Part shown: positions 28,390 through 33,504 of the stretch, piece after piece
Numbering within the stretch: the first letter of the stretch is position 1
Layout: every line of letters begins with the position of its first letter
Origin: Bacteroidota bacterium
Lineage (GTDB): Bacteria > Bacteroidota > Bacteroidia > AKYH767-A > JABDAW01
Direction of reading: 5' to 3'
DNA length: 33,504 bases
NCBI GenBank assembly: GCA_023251595.1
Contig: JAHEYM010000005.1
Span: 1 to 33,504 of the forward strand
Translations under genes and position numbers: made by a program
The notes under the pieces: model-generated
What the model saw: only the letters and a program-made list of their open reading frames with translations
Told to the model about the DNA's origin: nothing
Databases searched by the model: none

Positions 28390-29034
28390 TTTTCTGTGGT
28401 CAGCTAAAAATTTCTCGAGTCCGGAATCTGTGAGCGGGTGTTTCAGTAGATCGAGAATCGGTTGTAGCGGACAGGTTGCTACATCTGCGCCTGCTTCAGC
28501 ACAACGTACGATGTGCATACTGTGGCGGATAGATGCGGCAAGCACCTGAGTCTCGTAGTTGTAATTTCTATATATATGAACGATTTGTTTGATAAGATCA
28601 ACTCCATCGTACGAAATGTCGTCAAGCCGGCCTATAAAAGGAGAAACATAATTGGCACCTGCTTTTGCAGCCAGTAGTGCTTGTCCCGCTGAGAAAACCA
28701 GTGTGCAATTCGTCTTTATTCCTTTGTTTGAAAAATATCTTAAAGCTTTGATTCCGTCTTTGATCATCGGAATTTTCACGACAATATTTTTGTGAAGTGC
28801 CGCCAACTTTTCACCTTCCGCAATCATGCCGGCAAGATCTGTTGCGATGACTTCTGCCGACACATCACCATCAACAATATTGCAAATGTCGATGTAATGT
28901 TGAAGGATTTTTTCTTCACCCTTAATACCTTCTTTAGCCATCAGAGAAGGATTGGTAGTCACTCCATCAAGAACTCCGAGTGCGTTTGCCTCGCGGATCT
29001 GATCGAGGTTTGCCGTGTCGATAAAAAATTTCAT
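28387..29034 (-). CDS. fsa: Transaldolase / fructose-6-phosphate aldolase family
   Basis: [49 protein letters not shown]. Confidence 0.93.
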   Translation of the reverse strand: MKFFIDTANLDQIREANALGVLDGVTTNPSLMAKEGIKGEEKILQHYIDICNIVDGDVSAEVIATDLAGMIAEGEKLAALHKNIVVKIPMIKDGIKALRYFSNKGIKTNCTLVFSAGQALLAAKAGANYVSPFIGRLDDISYDGVDLIKQIVHIYRNYNYETQVLAASIRHSMHIVRCAEAGADVATCPLQPILDLLKHPLTDSGLEKFLADHRK

Positions 29035-29055
29035 GTGTCTTTGGTTTGAAAGAAT

Positions 29056-29152
29056 GGGTAAGCCCCATATCGCACCGCTCAAGCAGATATCCTTGCTTCC
29101 TTCCGGACCTGGGGAGGTTCAAAGCGAGCTGGTCGTATTTGACTTACCCGGC
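29056..29152 (-). ncRNA. ffs: Signal recognition particle RNA (4.5S)
   Basis: Domain IV CAGGTCCGGAAGGAAGCA, terminal pairing GGGTAAG/CTTACCC, TATCTTTG promoter at 29154-29161 (-). Confidence 0.93.
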
Positions 29153-29165
29153 GCAAAGATAGTTA

Positions 29166-29260
29166 TTAGTGGTTAGGGATTAGTGGTTAGTGATAAGTTT
29201 TTATTGGAAGGTTATGTAGAGGCATTGCATGCAACGACTTGAAGAGTTGAAAGATTGAAT
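29166..29260. repeat. Composite of 7-mer array, degenerate REP copy 3 and 8-mer array
   Basis: TTAGTGG TTAGGGA TTAGTGG TTAGTGA; GTAGAGGCATTGCATGCAACGACT (29216-29239); TTGAAGAG TTGAAAGA TTGAA. Confidence 0.65.
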
Positions 29261-29318
29261 AATCATTTTGATCGTAAAAGAGATTTTAGTATTAATTTTG
29301 AGAACAAATATTTAAGCT

Positions 29319-30116
29319 ATGTGTAAATACTTTTCCGTGATTGCCATTGTTTTTTTTGAAATTACATCTGTTCCGGCACAGGTACAAGACAGCTCATCAA
29401 AAAAGACAATTATTGATGAAATTCAAAAGAATATGGTTTTGGTTGAAGCTGGCACATTTAAGATGGGTTGTACTCAGGAACAGGGATCTGAATGTAATGA
29501 AGGCGAAAAACCTGCACACACAGTGATTCTTAAGAGTTTTCAAATCTCGAAATTCGAGGTAACTCAGCAATTGTATAAAGCCGTGATGGACACAAATCCT
29601 GCTTATCATCAGTTTTGTGCAAAGTGTCCGGTTGAACAGGTGAGTTGGGAAGATTGTCAAAATTTTATTCGCATTCTGGATTCTATCTCCGGAAAACATT
29701 TTCGTCTCCCTACTGAAGCCGAGTGGGAATTTGCTGCGAGAGGAGGAAATAAAAGTCAACAATATAAATACTCAGGGAGTAATACGAACGATTCGGTTGG
29801 ATGGGATTCCGATAACAGCAATTATAGAACACACATTGTGGGTGATAAAAAATCAAACGAATTAACCTTATTCGATATGAGTGGCAACGTTTCGGAATGG
29901 TGTAACGACCGATATGGTAAGTATATAGATACGACCTTGGTAAACCCGACCGGACCAGTCGATGGCGATAACAGACGTATTGCAAGAGGAGGTTCGTATC
30001 ATCAGGGTGGCGGGCGTTCTTCTGCTTCTGAAAATTGCAGAGTTTCGTGTCGGGAATTATACAGTCCTGTATATAAGGAGTATTATATTGGTTTCCGGAT
30101 AGCGAGTGATGAATGA
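29319..30116 (+). CDS. Secreted FGE-sulfatase (SUMF1/EgtB/PvdO) fold protein, paralog 1
   Basis: MVLVEAGTFKMG, FEVTQ, RLPTEAEWEFAARGG, DMSGNVSEWC, RGGS, GFR. Confidence 0.9.
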   Translation: MCKYFSVIAIVFFEITSVPAQVQDSSSKKTIIDEIQKNMVLVEAGTFKMGCTQEQGSECNEGEKPAHTVILKSFQISKFEVTQQLYKAVMDTNPAYHQFCAKCPVEQVSWEDCQNFIRILDSISGKHFRLPTEAEWEFAARGGNKSQQYKYSGSNTNDSVGWDSDNSNYRTHIVGDKKSNELTLFDMSGNVSEWCNDRYGKYIDTTLVNPTGPVDGDNRRIARGGSYHQGGGRSSASENCRVSCRELYSPVYKEYYIGFRIASDE

Positions 30117-30166
30117 TCTCTTGGGAAACAGAACTATTAATATAATAATATAATCTGAGGCAAATA

Positions 30167-30934
30167 GTGCGAAAAATATTTTATTTACTGATTTTATTGC
30201 TTTGTACAAATTCAATCTTTTCACAGAAAACAGATAGTTTGTTGGAAAATCTTGAAAATAATATGGTTTTGGTTGAAGGTGGAACTTTTAATATGGGCTG
30301 CACCCGTGAGCCAAAATATGAATGTTGGGGTGAAGGAATAAATATACATTCGGTTTCTCTAAAAAGTTTTTATATAATGAAATTTGAAGTCACGCAGCAA
30401 GTTTGGGAAAGAATTATGGGAGATAATCCGGGTTTGAAAGAAAATGGTCCGCAATGGTTTCAATGTCCGGTTGAAGGTGTTAGTTGGAATGATATTCAGC
30501 AATTTATTTCTAAACTCGATAGTCTTACCGGTAAAAAATACAGATTGCCGACCGAAGCAGAATGGGAGTTTGCGGCAAGGGGAGGAAATAAGAGCCACGA
30601 TTATCTATATTCAGGCAGCGATAAATTAAATGAAGTGTCATGGAACGGAAAATACAATGGACCCGTCCACCCTGTCGGACAGAAACAAGCAAATGAATTG
30701 GGATTATTTGATATGAGTGGAAATGCATGGGAGTGGTGTAATGACTGGTATGATCGGGATTATTATTTAACAAGTCCGGACAATAATCCTATCGGACCCG
30801 ATACAGGTAAAACCCGCGTGGTTCGCGGCGGTTCATGGAGTGATACAGAATTTTCCTGCCGGGTTTCTTATCGAAGTCATAATACGCCCGATTCGAAAGG
30901 TTATATTTTTGGTTTCCGCCTTGTTCTGAATTAG
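30167..30934 (+). CDS. Secreted FGE-sulfatase fold protein, paralog 2
   Basis: RLPTEAEWEFAARGG, NELGLFDMSGNAWEWC, RVVRGGSW, GFRLV. Confidence 0.9.
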   Translation: MRKIFYLLILLLCTNSIFSQKTDSLLENLENNMVLVEGGTFNMGCTREPKYECWGEGINIHSVSLKSFYIMKFEVTQQVWERIMGDNPGLKENGPQWFQCPVEGVSWNDIQQFISKLDSLTGKKYRLPTEAEWEFAARGGNKSHDYLYSGSDKLNEVSWNGKYNGPVHPVGQKQANELGLFDMSGNAWEWCNDWYDRDYYLTSPDNNPIGPDTGKTRVVRGGSWSDTEFSCRVSYRSHNTPDSKGYIFGFRLVLN

Positions 30935-30969
30935 AAAGCACTAACTTTGATGAACTAAATCCAGCCCTC

Positions 30970-31737
30970 ATGTTTAAAATAAATCTTGTCGCAGTTCTAC
31001 TGTTTACATTAAGTAATTCTCTTTTTGCTCAGGTCAAGAATAAAATTGCAAATGCAGTTAAAAGTGATATGGTTTTGGTTGAAGGTGGTAAGTTTGGTAT
31101 GGGCTGTACCAGTGAACAAAATAGTGCTTGCAAATTCGATGAAAATCCTGCGCATGATATCACGCTCAAAAGTTTTAGCATTTGCAAATTTGAAGTGACT
31201 CAGGAATTATGGCTGAGTGTGATGGGATGGGATTCTAGCTACTTCCAAAAATGCCCGCGATGCCCTGTCGAACAAGTGAGTTGGGATGAAGCACAGAATT
31301 TTATTGCTAAGCTCAATAAATTAACGGGAAATAAATACAGATTGCCAACAGAGGCAGAGTGGGAGTATGCTGCGAGAGGTGGAAATAAATCGAAATTATA
31401 TAAATTCGCGGGTAGTGATTCGTTAAATGAAGTTGCCTGGAATGATAACAACAGTAAACTTTCTACACATCCCGTAGGTCAGAAACAAGCAAATGAATTG
31501 GGCTTATACGATATGTGCGGTAATGTTTATGAGTGGTGCAGCGATTTTTATGGTGAAGAATATTATACTAACTCTCCTTATATGTACCCAAAGGGTCCCG
31601 AAACCGGTGATGCCAGGGTGATTCGTGGCGGCTCATGGGCAAGAGTTGCGGTTGACAGCCATATCTCGGCAAGGGCACGTCGTCCTGCGAGCCACAGCGA
31701 TACAGGTGTGGGTTTCCGACTCGCGATGGACAAGTAG
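30970..31737 (+). CDS. Secreted FGE-sulfatase fold protein, paralog 3
   Basis: RLPTEAEWEYAARGG, NELGLYDMCGNVYEWC, RVIRGGSW, GFRLA. Confidence 0.9.
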   Translation: MFKINLVAVLLFTLSNSLFAQVKNKIANAVKSDMVLVEGGKFGMGCTSEQNSACKFDENPAHDITLKSFSICKFEVTQELWLSVMGWDSSYFQKCPRCPVEQVSWDEAQNFIAKLNKLTGNKYRLPTEAEWEYAARGGNKSKLYKFAGSDSLNEVAWNDNNSKLSTHPVGQKQANELGLYDMCGNVYEWCSDFYGEEYYTNSPYMYPKGPETGDARVIRGGSWARVAVDSHISARARRPASHSDTGVGFRLAMDK

Positions 31738-31756
31738 ATAAGGATAGATTTTCTTT

Positions 31757-32214
31757 TTAGTTCAGTGCCTTCCCCGTTAAATCGAATTCATGCGATTTAC
31801 CCTTAGAGTCCTCTGCTGTAATTTTATTTAACAGACCAAATCTTCCTTGAAATGCCAACAGAAGTCAAAAGCAGGTTCAATTACCATCTTTCCAGTCTTA
31901 TCAATATAACCCCATTTCTTATTTTCCCTCACGCCAGCCAAACCCTGCGAAAAAATATGGGCAGACTTAAACGTTAAAGGAATTATTTCCTCGCCCGATA
32001 TATTGATAAAGCCCCACTTATCCTTTTTACCGACCAATATCATTCCTTCAGAAAAACCATCCCACTCTGTGTATTTTGTGGCTTCGATTATGACTTCTCC
32101 TTTAGCATTTTTGAATCCGATAAATCCGGTTTTCTTATCCGAAAAAGCGGTAACAGATTGACCGAAATTTATATTGGATAAAAGAAGACATATTAGTACA
32201 AGAAAGATTTTCAT
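31757..32214 (-). pseudogene. Truncated WG-repeat protein, probable internal deletion and frameshift
   Basis: The ORF stops mid-repeat at 31828 (WHFKEDLVC*). Another frame continues NKITAEDSKGKSHEFDLTGKALN*, which resembles the end of the WG protein at 3739 (ESFELDKEGNILK). Confidence 0.6.
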
Positions 32215-32283
32215 TTTTTTTGATTTATTAGTATTAGAATTATAATTTCCGGATACGGAATATAATTTTGTAAGAATACCGGA

Positions 32284-32784
32284 TTAACGAAGCACGTATC
32301 CCAACTTAAAACAATATACATGATAATCCCGTCCCTTCGTAGGTTCGATTATATATAAATGAAGACCATACCCCCGATAATTTTTAGAATAATAAACTGT
32401 TTCAACAATATTTTTTTTCTTGGTTTCTTCGTCAGCTATAAATTTATTTGTTTCAAACTCAGCCAGCAGGGATTTATAGGTGGATTTTACTGATGTAAAA
32501 AAAAGGACTGTTGTATATTTTTTATTGTCAGGAAGACATATCTTCGCCTCATTTGCAATTTTGCTTCCTGCTTGCTTATCAGCAGTGTAACAATAAGTTG
32601 TACCACCCTCTTTTTCTTTTGTGGTCTCAGAATAACTAAAACCCTTTGTTGTTACAGTGCTTTTAAAACAGGCGTGAGATGTACATTTAGCCAAAGTAAT
32701 CATCTCATCGAAGTCAATGGTTTGTGCACTTATGCCGCAGAGATTAACAAACGTAGCTAGGCTGAGTGCCATAATTTTTTTCAT
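32284..32784 (-). CDS. Hypothetical exported protein
   Basis: 166-aa ORF with a signal-peptide-like leader ending SAQ. Confidence 0.7.
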   Translation of the reverse strand: MKKIMALSLATFVNLCGISAQTIDFDEMITLAKCTSHACFKSTVTTKGFSYSETTKEKEGGTTYCYTADKQAGSKIANEAKICLPDNKKYTTVLFFTSVKSTYKSLLAEFETNKFIADEETKKKNIVETVYYSKNYRGYGLHLYIIEPTKGRDYHVYCFKLGYVLR

Positions 32785-32974
32785 ATTGTGGAGTTTAGAA
32801 ATTTTAGTTTAGGGCAAAACTCAAGCAAAAAAAGTACGCTATTTCCCGCAGTACTGTTATTCATCTGAACCATTTTTTTGCAAAAGTACTTCTATCGTCT
32901 CCAGTAATCATGATAAAGGTCATAATAATGATCGTTCAATGCGAATACTTACCTTTGAAACAAATTCTTCCATA

Positions 32975-33504
32975 ATGTTCAAAAGAAATTATTGCTTGTT
33001 AATTTTCTTGCTTTTCTATATTTCCATCTATTCGCAGCCGGCAGACAGCATAGCCAAAGCAAATGCGGCATCCGGGCTGAGACCGGTTTTTGATGAAATA
33101 AATAATGAAATGGTCTTTGTTGAAGGGGGTACATTTATAATGGGTTGTACTGCGGAACAAGATTGCGATGATGATGAAAAAAAAGTGCAAACTGTAACCG
33201 TAAAAAATTTCTCCATCAGCAAATATGAAGTAACAAACGAAATATATGAAGCATTAATGGATATTGAAGAACATAGGATGAGATCGTATGATGGTAGGAT
33301 AGAGGACTGTCCACGTTGCCAATGTCCGGTCGAACCAATCGGAGGAGTAAAAATTGACAGCTTTATTGATAAACTCAACTCACTCACCGGCATGAAATAC
33401 AGATTGCCAACTTCTGCAGAATGGGAATATGCTGCCAGAGGTGGAAACAAAAGTCTTGGGTACAAATTCGCAGGAGGTAATATCGTTAATGAAGTGGCAT
33501 GGTA
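32975..33504 (+). CDS. Secreted FGE-sulfatase fold protein, paralog 4 (runs off the window; not in the ORF track)
   Basis: ATG 32975 MFKRNYCLLIF...MVFVEGGTFIMGCT...YEVT...RLPTSAEWEYAARGGNKS. TACCTTTG promoter at 32950-32957. Confidence 0.88.
   Translation, partial: MFKRNYCLLIFLLFYISIYSQPADSIAKANAASGLRPVFDEINNEMVFVEGGTFIMGCTAEQDCDDDEKKVQTVTVKNFSISKYEVTNEIYEALMDIEEHRMRSYDGRIEDCPRCQCPVEPIGGVKIDSFIDKLNSLTGMKYRLPTSAEWEYAARGGNKSLGYKFAGGNIVNEVAW

Noticed and set aside
29035-29082. N-terminal extension of transaldolase in the ORF track
   Set aside because: It overlaps the 3' end of the SRP RNA. The family-typical start is MKFFIDTA at 29034.
29980-31737. Active diversity-generating retroelement acting on the FGE paralogs
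   Set aside because: There is no reverse transcriptase or AAC-rich template repeat in the window. The C-terminal regions also differ at synonymous non-adenine positions of conserved codons, which does not fit a shared template.
33028-33465. 145-aa minus-strand ORF and other short overlapping or antisense ORFs in the track (e.g. 1464-1916, 22164-22532, 29397-29762)
   Set aside because: They are shadows of well-supported genes. The real gene at the right end is the plus-strand FGE paralog from 32975.

Overview
This is a Bacteroidota chromosomal window, judged from T9SS type A/B C-terminal domains, TAnnTTTG promoters and A-rich start regions without Shine-Dalgarno sites. An AT-rich accessory block (1-8.9 kb) holds an XRE-HTH/pentapeptide-repeat fusion with three operator-like sites, a SAM methyltransferase, a DHFR-family protein, two internally deleted pseudogenes, and WG-repeat and T9SS-cargo proteins. 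The mostly core middle has a large T9SS type B protein, bioD, a decaying three-paralog array, RDD, lptF/G, a START-like protein, an LmtA-like methyltransferase, ABC-F, a T9SS plug-like gene with an in-frame stop, apaG, DUF4293, transaldolase and SRP RNA. Inserted in it are a TPR-adenylate cyclase and an AAA-ATPase/RloB (AbiL-like) pair. The right end carries four secreted FGE-sulfatase-fold paralogs. The most notable non-obvious signals are a structured candidate sRNA at about 28122-28265 (-), a structured leader before the methyltransferase, four genes shortened by internal deletions, and four families of intergenic repeats. I saw no CRISPR array, tRNA/rRNA, integrase, transposase or reverse transcriptase. 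All family calls come from motif recognition, not database searches.
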